Positions 51,210-63,221 of a stretch of 64,000 bases of DNA are shown here, one piece after another (the stretch's first letter is position 1; each line of letters starts with the position of its first letter). The translations under genes and the position numbers were made by a program. A model generated the notes under the pieces. That model did not search any database. It had not been told where the DNA came from and was given only the letters and a program-made list of their open reading frames with translations. The DNA is taken from assembly GCA_053919585.1 (NCBI GenBank), contig CM132795.1; one strand, written 5' to 3'. Source of the DNA: Euprymna scolopes. Lineage: Eukaryota.

Positions 51210-53289
51210 TGATAAATAAGTGGGAGTGCAGTTCAATTACTATGAGCTATTCATCGTCAGCTTTTATTAAGACATACATCTAGAAGAAGGAAAACTGATA
51301 ACAAAACTAAGTATTCCATTTTATATGCGACAAGCTTTTGTGCTCTCAACAGTTCTAAGTTGTAGGGATGGTGCAGCACAAACGCTCACCACTATAAACA
51401 AACCTGTCTATATGCACCATTCACTTTAATGTTTCCAACGTCAACATCTGAAACTACAAGGTCCTAGCAAGAGAGTATAGACCTCGGAGACAGGTAAATA
51501 GATATTCTGACAATCACTAGCAAAAACTCTACACATTGGTCACTACTGGGTGATGGCCGTCCAATAACAAACAACTGAGCAATTGTACTGCTTTGTAGGG
51601 ACACAAGTGTGGGTTTTTAGATATAGCACTACTTTTCTTGGTCTACGAGGAAGTCGATGAAACAAGTCCAAAAAATTGCTTGCTCTTTTTATATTCCTAG
51701 CATTCAACTGCAGCTTCCTTCTCATTCAGTATGGCAGTGAAAAGAAAAAGCGTAATTCGAAGCTTAATTATGCAGCATGGAAGACTGAATATTTGAGCGA
51801 AAACAGCATTTTGTGTCTTTTCCCCTAAAAAAGCACAATATATCAATTGCCACTTTCAGTTAAACTAGTCGCACAGGATTTACTTAGAATAAGTCAAATA
51901 GGGTTATACGTTAATCGGTTTCGTCGAAAATGAAAACAGAATATTGGATCTCTATGACAGCGCTCTTGCATTCCTCCAACAATGACCGCCTCAGAATAAA
52001 AAATGGTGATTTCTGTGAGTATTTCCGTGATATCATAATTAAGATCACGTGTAAAATAAACTTGTCCACATGACTCACTTCAATGCATGTTGGCGCTTAC
52101 CATATTTGGAAACGAGTTTAGTGCAATGCGATGTCGTCCGAACGAACTCAAATGGTATTTGTTTAATATGCAAAGAATATTATCTTAGCATCACTGACAG
52201 TTTTTATCAATAGAAACTGGGCATCTCAATCACACTTTGCCTAGCACCTGCTTTCTTATTTGATCATGTTCGTTTTCGAATAAGGATTATTTTCATTTAG
52301 TAAAGAGAAACTCCGAATGTCAACAATCCCGAAACGCATTAAAGTAACTTCAGAACCCAGGGAGAAAGAGAACTTGCACGAGGAATAACTTAGAAACCAT
52401 TTTAAATTAAGACAAATCTGATGATTTGTATCTCATTGAAAGGAAGTGGAAGAATCTCAGGGATGTGGTCTATGCCTCATCGCTTGAAGTAATCTGACTT
52501 CATAGACGTAAACCGGGAATGGTTCGAGGAAAGCAAAGAGGTGGGAAAGTGAACAAATTAAATGCCCGATGCACATAAAACGTGGGTCAATGAACATATT
52601 TAATTTGTCAAACAACAAGCCTATGAAGTGTAACAAAGAGTGGTCCAAACTCTGCAATAGAAAAAAAAATGTGGTTCGACCGAGAGGCTGCGTCCAAAAG
52701 GGCAGCGGACAGAATGATAAAAAAAAACTCCTATTAGAGTTTGAAGAAAGAAATATGCCGAGTAAGAATGCGAATGCAGTCTGCTAATAGGAAAACACTC
52801 CACATTGATTAGTGGAGATAACATTTTGAATATGTTCTTTACACTAACTCTGAAGTCGGTGAAACGGCTATAGTTTCAATTCAAATACTTTATCTAGAAA
52901 TAAAACAAAATATCACCAAGCAAATATTGTCTAGCAAAACACAAGGTAAAAACTAAACGAGATATAACGTATGGTCGTACAAAACTCATTAGGAAGCCTT
53001 CTACAATTGTTTATAAATATTTAGAGACATGGAAACGTAGCACAAGAGTTTAAAGCATTTTTTCAAACACAAATACTAGAAGAATGGTAGCCTTTATTCC
53101 ATTAGGATCGCTCTACTGTAGGATGTTTTGAAACACAACATTCTTAATAGAAGAATTCAAAATTTGATTAATCAAATATACTAAGAATCATAGTGGGTTT
53201 CAAGAATGAGGAAGAGCGATAGCATAATCTTTTCCCTTGGCTAAGTTACGGCAAAAGCGAGGAAAAAAAGAAAATAAATAAAACTCTAC

Positions 53290-54460
53290 TTGGGAATTGT
53301 TCATTAAACACAAATATCACCTAATATTAGTGGAGAGGCATTGTATAAAGTGTTAACAAAATTAGATGTTCCACACAGTCTAAATGCAATGGTATCGTTT
53401 ACTTAGGTTTATGAAAGGTGCGGTGTTGTTGAAAAGGAAGTTTGTGTAGAAAGGCGCATAACAAGGTTACGTCATGGCTCCGATTATTTTCCCATTATTT
53501 CCACTGTGTTGCTTTAATACTTAGTGTTTCAAAAAGTGTAGTTATTTTCAAATTTCGCACAAGTTATGGTTTCTTCAACAATTATTGATAAAAAACTGAA
53601 GGCAAGGGTCAATTGCGTTCTCATTAGTGATCTCCTGTTCAGAGATGTTGTTCTCGTTGCAACGTCCATTGAATAAGCTCATCAACTAATGAATCGGTTC
53701 TCAAAGGCCTTTAAGGCTTTTAAACCTATGATATTAATTATAAAGAAAACAGAAGTTATGAATCAATTTGCTTCTAGACTAACACATAACGAAAGGATCG
53801 AGCAAAACTTAACATCCAACTCTTCTCCTTACAGTGGATTGCAAAACCTTTTAGTATGTCAGTGTTTACATAATTCGAAGGTACAGTAAATACATATGAA
53901 GTGCTGAATGATGAAATTGACAGTATGATAGTACAATAATACAATTTCTTTGGTAATCTATGTCATTGCCTTAAATATAGAGATTATCAGAATAGACATC
54001 AACACTCAGGTTTATAATGATGTTGCCCAGTTAACGCTTTTGTTTGATTCTGAAACATGGACCTCTCGCAGATATATCGACTGCCGTATTCCTTAAACCA
54101 TTCCATAATTTTATATGTAGCTAGACACTTACAGACAAAGTCTTAAATTATAAACTTTTTTGGAAAAATGTAAGATTGAGGGTATGGACGCATTCTTTTA
54201 TCAAGTCAGAGATTAAGTCAAAATAACTGATCAATAATTCCGATGTATATTAAGCATTAAATTAGTAAAGAAATACAAGGGCACACTTAAGTATAATCTT
54301 TCAGCACACAATATTTTCATTTAAATTTTTCCTGACCTGGCCTTGATATGAACAAATGTAGACGCACGTGTTAGAGGAAATCTAAATTTCTTAAACAGAT
54401 CGTATAAAACAGTGAACGAAACAAAGATCAAGGACCGAGATACGTGCGGTACAAAGAGCA
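53290..54460 (+). mobile_element. Old RTE-like LINE remnant (RT domain to C-terminus)
   Basis: QGYVMAPIIF (RT QG motif), DLLFRDVVLVA (decayed FADD region), LMNRFSKAFKAF..KKTEVMNQ, LLFDSETW; heavily decayed. Confidence 0.65.
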
Positions 54461-54609
54461 GCCGTCTCCGAGAGTAATCACTCATATCCGATGTATGTTC
54501 TTTACTTGTAAGATTTAAATGTTGTATTCGACATAAGAATCTGAATTTTTCGGGTGAGATTCATATGTCTAAATCGACAGGAGAGTCTATCACCCCCCAC
54601 ACACGCACG

Positions 54610-54654
<45 letters not shown>

Positions 54655-55339
54655 GATTTTATTCATCTTCATACGTGTTGCATTTATTTTCAGTATTTAC
54701 TTAAACAGTGCTCAATACGTAAATAGAGCTAGTCACTAATGGAGTATAGAAATAACAAAGAATCTGATTAACTAACTTGCGAATTCAACATAACATGAAT
54801 ATATAAAAATACAATTAATAACTATGCGATAGAATAGCCTGTCAAATTCTCATTAGGACCAAGCGAAGAAAATTATGTGTTGTTTAAGTGACATCTGTAT
54901 TTTCAAAACTTACTATTTAAAGTTGTATGTTGTTCTCGCTTTTACGTTGATATGAAACTCCTACGTTTTTCTATTTAAAGATTTTTTTTCATGTTTTTTT
55001 TTGTATAGGACACACGATCTTTTCATCCAACACTTTATTATAAAAACAAGGAGCGAGTCCTTGAAAACAACGTGCCATTAGGCATAATAAGAATGAGGGA
55101 AGATAGGGTTCGCAGGTCATTCATAAGCTTGTTTATCACTCACCATAATACCTCATTCATTCTGTGGGCCTAAGCTATTTAAAATATATCCATATAAATG
55201 CATGTTTTTTAAAAAAATTTTTACAAAAACATACATTTTTTTACAAACCAAACAATATAACTTTGAATTTACAAAGGACCAAACATGGATTTACAAACAT
55301 AAAAGAAAATAAAGCAGGAGAGTGTAGAGCGGTCGCATG

Positions 55340-55770
55340 GTCTTCTTAAGAAAATCAAATCATATGGTATCACTGGAAGAATACATAACGTAATTAAATC
55401 CTTCTTAAGAGAAGAATTCAGGTTTTTCTCGACGGTCGTACAACTAAACTATATGAGATAAATGCGGGAGTACCTCAGGCGTTTATCCTTGGACCTTTAT
55501 TATTTCTAATATTCATAAATGACCTCCCTGATAAAATTGTCTCTGAGATGGGTATATTTGCTGACGACACCATGCTCTATAACAAGCACAAGGGGCAAAC
55601 AAATGAACACATATCTAAGAAAATGGCAGACACACTAGAGGAAGACCTTCAACTGTAGTGGATTGGGGATATGAATAGATGGTCACACTCAATGCAGCCA
55701 AGACTAATCTTTTTTCTTTCAATAATTACAAGAAACATTCTCTATCCCCAATAGCAATGGCAAAACACAA
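55340..55770 (+). mobile_element. CR1-like LINE RT fragment, different subfamily
   Basis: INAGVPQAFILGPLLFLIFINDLPDKIVSEMGIFADDTML. Confidence 0.85.
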
Positions 55771-56479
55771 GTGTAGTGTGAACAGACATCTTGTTGCTCA
55801 GCTCCCTTCATAATGCCCCTGCAACTTATGTCCTCGACAGTAGCCTCCTACTACAAAGTGTCACTGTGCCCTGTTTGGGATGAAAGTTGAATAAAAAAGA
55901 AGCATGAAAATAAAAGGAAATAAACATCGAATGACGGGGATGGGATATTACTAAGCCTTAAAACAACCCAAAATAAAGAAAGATATCAATAAGAAAAAGA
56001 AATGAACTAAAAATAAAGGCTAACTATTTTATATTAGTAAGGGCTCTCTCAACCTATTCCTTGTTCCGGCTAATGCCGAAAACAAGAAATACACTTAAGA
56101 GAGAGTGGGCAACCTTCGGCCAAAAGAATGGTGAAATGGGTCTTGGGGTTTGGCGTTTCGTCCAGAATAAGTACCATTGGGGTAAGTCGAGGAATAGAAA
56201 AAAACTTTATCGGAAAAGGGCATTCTATAGATATTCTACCGCAAAATAAATTGTGGACGTGACTCATTCACGTAACTGATGGATGCTTTTTGGAGGGTCT
56301 TTGCTGTAAGGACCTAATGGCGGCGTGTGTCATGTTTATGCTGGAACACATACTCAAACTTGTTTCAAACAAATACGCATAAACAAGCAGTGTGAATAAA
56401 CTTATGTTTGAATATCGCGAGATGCAAATTTCATCGCTTACATCTGTTTTTGATTTTAAGCTGATAGTTAAAATGCAAA

Positions 56480-56900
56480 ATCAGATCGTAATGAGAATGC
56501 GGAAACCCCGACATCCATCTCTATACATGAAAGCCACACTACCAGTCTAGCTACACTTAAGATTGCTAAGAAAACCATTGATTCCTCCCTTGATCAATGT
56601 TGTAGACAACTGACTCCAAATCCAGATACCTCACTCGCTCGGGATGATGTGAGCCGTTATCCTACTGACATACGTCCAGAATTCACGCAGTTTGAAACTT
56701 TTGAGGAAAGCGTGTTCTACTGTTTCTATTTTTTCATTCAGACAACAGGAGCAAAAGGGTCGATACCAATCCCGAAGCGCATTTCATTGGTGCATCGAGC
56801 ACTGCAAACCAATCGCTATGTCAAAGACTATTCAGAATTATTGGGAAAACTCCGGCCTGGGAACTGAGAATGCACCCCCCGACAGCTGTAGTTGATTCGC
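56480..56900 (+). mobile_element. Possible decayed Gypsy-like pol remnant
   Basis: LKIAKKTID and SRYP resemble the Gypsy RT N-terminus; weak similarity only. Confidence 0.25.
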
Positions 56901-57303
56901 TAGTGCGCCCGAAGCAGTCTCCACCACTAAATTTCAATATAGTTCCTTTTTAGACTGGGCGAAACCTCGGCAACGATTAAAGCGCAGCGCGGCATTCATT
57001 AAAGAACTGCGTTTGGCCTATTTGGCTTACAATGGCCATCGGTCAAATGGTCAGAGATGAAGTTAGGAAAAGCGGCCCCGACCTTAAGAGCCTATTCAGA
57101 CTCCTGTGTCTGAGTGCTACTTAGGAATGCTAATTACTCAACATGTGTGTGGCTTTTCAGGTTTCGCATTTCCAAGTCTCTATCAATCATATGTTGAGCG
57201 CGACCTGTCTACCAACAGACGGTCTCCTTTCGTTTAATTTCATGACTAATAGCAATTTTATTGTCACAATAAGAACATATGATATTCAATTGTAAGAAAA
57301 ATT

Positions 57304-57352
<49 letters not shown>

Positions 57353-57559
57353 AAAGATGACGTCATTTTATTTCCGTTTCATGAAACCATCTACTAGTTG
57401 ACCAGTTGCATACAAATCTAAAGAGCGATGTCTGAAAGTGACACAATGTTTAACGAGCGGATTCGGAGATGAACTGCTGTTAAACGTAAGCTCTCTACCG
57501 ATCAAAGTTATGGCAACAGCACCAGTACCCTCAAAATGCATAGCTGAATTGCCACGAAT

Positions 57560-58105
57560 AAACACGACATGCTCAAGCTTATGATCTTTGCTGTGATTTC
57601 AAGTAAGAATCACATCATGCCACCTCACATCTTCGAAGTCGGCTTGAAAGTCAACATCGAAATGTACCTGGATGAGCTGAAGAGTTTGGTGATCCAATGA
57701 TGTAATCACGTGACCGCTGGAAGACCCTGAGTGTGGCATCAAGGCTTACTGTTGGCCCACATGTCTAAAGGGAGCCAGACTTGGCTTCATAAGAAGTGCT
57801 ACGACTTTGAACCTTCACTCACTGCCACCCTCTTTTCCCAACCTGAGCTCGCTGGACTACTTCGTTTGGGAATACGTGGAGAACATCACATACATGAAAT
57901 CCCACAACACCAAAGACAGCCTGGTCGCCGCTATCCGGTGATTCCGTACCTATATTGAGACTGTGATTGAGGCTAAAAGTGGCTACATTGAATATAGCTC
58001 GGCCCCTTAACATAATCAAGGAATCTGAATTCATTTTTCAAGAAAAAATTAAATAAAGCTGTAGTATAGTTTTTAATAGAAAGAACAATTTATCGTTCGA
58101 CCCTG
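57560..58105 (+). mobile_element. Tc1/mariner-superfamily (maT/DD37D-like) remnant, 3' half
   Basis: IMPPHIFEVGLKVNIEMYLDELKSLVI, LDYFVWEYVENIT..SHNTKDSLVAAIR, IEAKSGYIE*; ends in TIR-like GACCCTG. Confidence 0.75.
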
Positions 58106-58170
58106 TTTGTGTGTATATATATGATATTCGAATTCATGTATATATCAAACAGTTAAAGTTAAAAATAGTC

Positions 58171-58367
58171 TCACGATTTTACGGCCAACTATTCTTCTGG
58201 CCTTCGTCAGGTGGCAACCGCGACGGGATAGGGACTCTGAATCTTTCTGATTGCATCCACTGCAAGGCAGTAATTGCAGTGGATGTAATCAGGAGATTCA
58301 GTGTTCTTATCCCGTCGCGGTTACCACCTAACGGAAGCCAGAGGAATAGTTGGCCGAAACGTAGTGA
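58171..58367. repeat. ~197-bp imperfect palindrome (95-bp arms, 8-nt loop) built from Penelope-like terminal motifs
   Basis: Arms pair along their length, for example CGGCCAACTATTCTTCTGGC with GCCAGAGGAATAGTTGGCCG; loop GGCAGTAA at 58266-58273. Confidence 0.9.
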
Positions 58368-58631
58368 AACAACTAAGAAAAAGATGAGGATAATAGTCCG
58401 CAATAAATAAAATTAATAATGAATTCCAATTAAATTATATTTAAAAATAGAGGTTCAATATTTTTTTAATTTAAACTCTAAATGTCTCTGTTATTTGCAA
58501 AGACCTTGATATAACCAACATTATTAAAATATTTAAATTCTTCTTATTTTTTCTCTACGGGGCTTGAACTTGGTATATTAGTATTGCTAACTTTTAAATG
58601 TAAATAGTGACCTACAATTCAAAATAAAACA

Positions 58632-58650
58632 TTTTGTCAGTTATAAAACT
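58632..58650 (+). promoter_or_regulatory. Putative TATA box of family copy 5 (TATAAA at 58642)
   Basis: TTTGTCAGTTATAAA is identical to the 15-mer at copy 1; ATG lies 85 nt after the TATA start; no ATTGG at -26. Confidence 0.55.
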
Positions 58651-58726
58651 CTGTTTGTTTGTTAGTAAGAAGACAAATTTTCAGATTTCAATTCCATCCA
58701 TACGAACTGCAAACCGCTGTTTTAAA

Positions 58727-58939
58727 ATGAAAGGTGGAAACACGACCGACGTTGTTCCTGTAACCGACGAATCCGGAGATATTCCTGTAACAGATTCACC
58801 AATAATCACTGAGAGTAGTACTGCGGAGTATGACTATGCCGTCTTTGTGCTTATTGGTGTGTTTTTCTACCTTATAGCAGTGTATATTTTAAGATACTGT
58901 AATTTGTTGTATCATAAGTATCTGAAACCAAAAAATTAA
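58727..58939 (+). CDS. Small single-pass membrane protein, 70 aa (family copy 5)
   Basis: MKGGNTTDVVPVTDESGDIPVTDSPIITESSTAEYDYAVFVLIGVFFYLIAVYILRYCNLLYHKYLKPKN; sequon NTT, GV-x10-RYC, basic tail; the track start at 58634 is TTG. Confidence 0.75.
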   Translation: MKGGNTTDVVPVTDESGDIPVTDSPIITESSTAEYDYAVFVLIGVFFYLIAVYILRYCNLLYHKYLKPKN

Positions 58940-61194
58940 CTCTAAACCCGACGGTTTAGAGAACCGTGAATTATTTAATTTACTGAACATGTAGCTCAAT
59001 CCAGTTGACCAACTGAAAGAATTACGGTGTTTCGACGCTTTGTAGAGCTGATTAAACGGTCACGGATTTTTTTTTTATATATATAAATTCAGCCATTCGT
59101 TTTTATTGAATTTTAAAGCCTAAGTCAAACGCGTCTCCCACAACTACCATTTTACAAGAAAGAATATTACTTATTAAATGAGCAAAATACCTACATTCAA
59201 ATGCTAAGTTTTCTGCGCTGATATTAAAATATGCTTTTCTTTTTCATAGTCTTTCAAATAGTTTGCAGATAAATCACTTTACGCCATTACCTGTTACTAT
59301 GTATTTAAATCATTTGCACAATCCGTCGATATTTTCGTATACATTTTTATTTTTAGCAATCTAAAATCAACTTCTCAAAATTGCAGTAATTAAAAGAAAC
59401 TATTGTCACAATTTTCAGGATAATACTATTTTAACCTACAACGAATGATTGGATCTTTATCTAACCATGATGTCCAATCTTTAATATATGCTTTAAAATA
59501 CGCAATCCAAACTAATTTCGGTAACATTGAATATATGTAAGTTTGACTTCTGTTATCATTCACACATTCGCAGATTATAACTGTGCCATAATTTTAGTTG
59601 ATTGAGTAAATTATTTTTAACATATCAACTCTTAATGGCTTACTTATTGCCGAATAAAGTTTGCTTTCTTTTACAGGTTATACTTTGTATTCTAATTTTA
59701 TATAACAAGTCCCTTCATACTTTGTAAGACTTGTAATAAACTATATGGGGATTGATTTAATTTTATTCACCTCTAACAAGTAACATTGTACATACGCAAG
59801 GAGGGAGTATAGAGATTATATTCATAGATGTAGAGCAATATGTTTCATATTGCATTTACATTTTACATATGTTCGTACAACCTTTAGAACAAGGCGGATA
59901 TTCCAAAGGCAAGTTATCAATAAGCTATTATGAGAAAATGAATTCCGGGACGTGCGGAAATGTACGCTGTAGAGATGGCGGTTTGATTCTAGTCGTTTTT
60001 TAAATAATGCATTTACGTTGAATACGAATGTACGTTCATAGGAAAACTGACAAAATTTTCAAAACTAAATCTGAATGGTACGTTGTTGCTATATGGCGGA
60101 AGCGGAAAAATAGTTAGAAAATGGTCGCTTCAGTTAAAATCCTAAATTTGCATCGTACTAGCGGATCTTTTCAGAAACTTATTGAAGACAAATTGTAACA
60201 TGCCTTTTTGCGTGGACTTTCACACTTCAAAAGTTTTGTAAGGCTCTAGCACACAATATTGCCTTCAATTCTTATATAAATTGTAATACATTACTCGTTC
60301 TCATTGAATCACTATTCCTTTTCCATCGTACTGATGTCAAACTATTGAAATTCTTTAAATTAACATGAAATAAATAAATCTTACGAATGTTAAACCTTTA
60401 TAAACATGAGAGCGGAACAGTATGATTGGCTTATTGAACTAAATGAACAGAACTTATAAGAATATCAACTGCAATATTTGGATACACATCCTTACTGTAG
60501 TGCATAAGCCAGTTATCGACTTTTCTTTTTTATAAAATGTATAATGATAATCGCTAGATTAGATCTTAAATACTGGCTTAATATATTTTTAGGACTTAAA
60601 ATATCGTACTATTTATTAGACACTAACACAAGTAGAAGTTAACGTACGTATATATACACTTTAGCGCCGCCTGTCTCAAGAGATAATAGATGAAACATGA
60701 AAAGCAGACTTTATGAGTTTTTAATGAAGCAAGTCTGACGAAATGTCAAACTGTGTCTCTTATACGACATATGCCAAAAATGCATCCACATAATTGTATT
60801 GTACTTATTTTACAACGCATTTTAATGGATTGTGCGTCAACGAACTTGTATTAGTGAAGTTTCGACTAAGCCGGCAATTAGTCAACTCCCATGAATTTGC
60901 TGTAAATGTACTTCGATACGAGACAGTTTTCTTTTTGTAGAGTAAGGTCCCCTGAACTGCTAGGTTTTGTAATATCTCCAAGTATCTTTCCGTACTAAAA
61001 TGCAGACATTTAAACGCAGACACACAACGTTGCCTGCCTTCCTCTCTGTAAAGATTGTCCCTATATCGCGGTGACTTACGTCTGTCATGTTTACTCTTTT
61101 GGATTAATGAGTAAAAAAAACATCTTCGTAATGAGATTTACATTCTCTTAGACTACTTGTAAAATTTCGTTAGATTACAATACGTTTGAGCTCA

Positions 61195-61510
61195 AATATA
61201 TGGTCGCCACTGGGCACACGACGAGTCTAGCTGAAACCGCAATAATTCCTTCAAACACTTTATCTGTGCCTAAAGCTAAACGCAGATTCCATGAACAAAG
61301 CTTATTTCTAAGAACTGCACACCTGCGAAACTTTGTTTCGTTTTCCTGCTTTCCAGCTGTTTACAATATGGTTGTCTTCTTGTTCAACGTGAACAAGTTC
61401 TTGATGGTGCATCCCTTAAGTAATTCAATTTACAAATAATCAGGAATACTACATAATTTTACCATTGACTATTATAACTTCGTTAAACCTTACCATCGAG
61501 TGGACTCTTT
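61195..61510 (+). mobile_element. CR1-like LINE (family A), 3' fragment
   Basis: LSVPKAKRRFHEQSLFLRTAHLRN plus 3' UTR, running into the gap. Confidence 0.85.
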
Positions 61511-61642
61511 NNNNNNNNNNNNNNNNNNNNNNNNNNNNNNNNNNNNNNNNNNNNNNNNNNNNNNNNNNNNNNNNNNNNNNNNNNNNNNNNNNNNNNNNNN
61601 NNNNNNNNNNNNNNNNNNNNNNNNNNNNNNNNNNNNNNNNNN
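61511..61642. other. Assembly gap
   Basis: Run of Ns. Confidence 1.
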
Positions 61643-61846
61643 TTCAAATGTACAGTTCTACGACATTAACGCGTGTATACATGTTTAACACTCATTTGAA
61701 TATCACCACCAGCAAATTAAACTTTCTTACTTTATACTTTTCAGACAGTGCTCGTCCTTATAAATTCTTAAAGGAACTTGATAATTAAAATTAAATAATG
61801 ATAATTCATTTATCCCTACAGACACAAGTGTTTCATGCTGACGCAA

Positions 61847-62760
61847 TCTATATATCTAAAAAAAAGTGAAAATGTCTGTGTCTGTCTGTGTACATTTCCC
61901 TACGCAACAATTCTGTTAATTTTCGGTCTACAGACTCGAAATTGGGCATAAAAAGTATACAGATTTGGAAAAAAAAAATTTAATTGGTTTGCGGACAGAA
62001 ATTTTGATAAGGGGTCTATGTTTAACGATTTGATTTTTGAGAACTCTGCCAGACTCCTCCGCCAATTTTGGGTGTAAACATTTGAAATCTTTGGTATAGG
62101 TTCTTTTGGACATGGATCAAACTTTATGATTTTAGTTGAGCCCAAAACAATATATGCTAAGGAGTCAAAATTTGAGTCAAAATTAAAAAAAAATGACGTC
62201 TTCGGTCTCTACCAAATTACACAGCCAATTTTTGGTCTACATATTGGAAATTTTACATAAAGTGTATTCAGACTCGTCTAGGCTTTTTAATCGATTATTG
62301 GCCGAGAATTTGGCTGCCAAGGGGTCCAAGTTTAAAAGATTTTACATTTTCGGTCTTTAGCAAACTATTTAGCCAATTTTGGGTTGAAACATTTGAAATT
62401 ATACATAAAGTGTATTCAGACATGCCGCAAGATTTTTTATCAATAAGAGGTCAAGGTTGAAAGAGTTCAGCTTTGCAGATTCTACCAAATATCTCTGCCA
62501 ATGTTGCGTATAAACATATGACATTTTAGATGCATGTTACTTGGACATGGGTGAAACATTTAAATTTTATTTAAACCCAACACAATACATGTATAGGGGT
62601 CAAAGTTTAAAAAATGTTGATCTCTGCGGGCTCTACCAATTTTATCTGTTAGTTTAGGAAGTGTATTATACAGAAAGGCACACTTTTTAATATATATAGA
62701 TATGCACATAAAGTTATGAACAGTACATAGGGCTCGAGCAAAGCCCGGTTGAACTGCTAG
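61847..62760 (+). mobile_element. Apparently complete non-autonomous Helitron-like element (family H1)
   Basis: 5' A^TC, internal diverged subrepeats, subterminal GGGCTCGAGCAAAGCCC hairpin, 3' CTAG^T, no target-site duplication. Confidence 0.7.
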
Positions 62761-62844
62761 TCATATAGAAAGTGACAGTTGTCATGTTTCAATCTAAGTA
62801 AAAGTTTTATGGTATATCAGCCATTACGTTCCTGAATTTTTTTA

Positions 62845-63020
62845 GGTGAGGATGATTTGGATTATTCAAACTACTGTTCTCATCTTGAATGTTATTCGCA
62901 CAACGTTTCGGTTGATGTAACCTCTGACCTTCTTCGGCCGTATCTTGTTAAACTAGGGAATCAGCAAGGAATTTTGAACAAAAACTTTTATTTAATCTAC
63001 TGTGTTTGCCGGCTTTCCGG
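62845..63020 (-). mobile_element. Penelope-like terminal motif
   Basis: Reverse complement CCGAAGAAGGTCAGAGGTTACATCAACCGAAACGTTGTGCGAATAAC. Confidence 0.55.
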
Positions 63021-63029
63021 CTGACTCCA

Positions 63030-63221
63030 AGTTGTCTTCAAATCAAACGTAAAAAAAAATTATTGATGAACCACCCCCCTAAGTAATCCAATTTACAAAG
63101 TGTTCATTTCATATGATTACTACGCTATAATCCCATTGACTAATGTATACCCATTAACCCTTATCCATGAGTGGCCTCCGGGCCTTGATAAGTGTTGACT
63201 CTTTTGTAAAAGAAAAGAAAA
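63030..63221 (+). mobile_element. CR1-like LINE (family A), extreme 3' end
   Basis: TTAACCCTTATCCATGAGTGGCCTCCGGGCCTTGATAAG followed by an A-rich tail. Confidence 0.85.
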
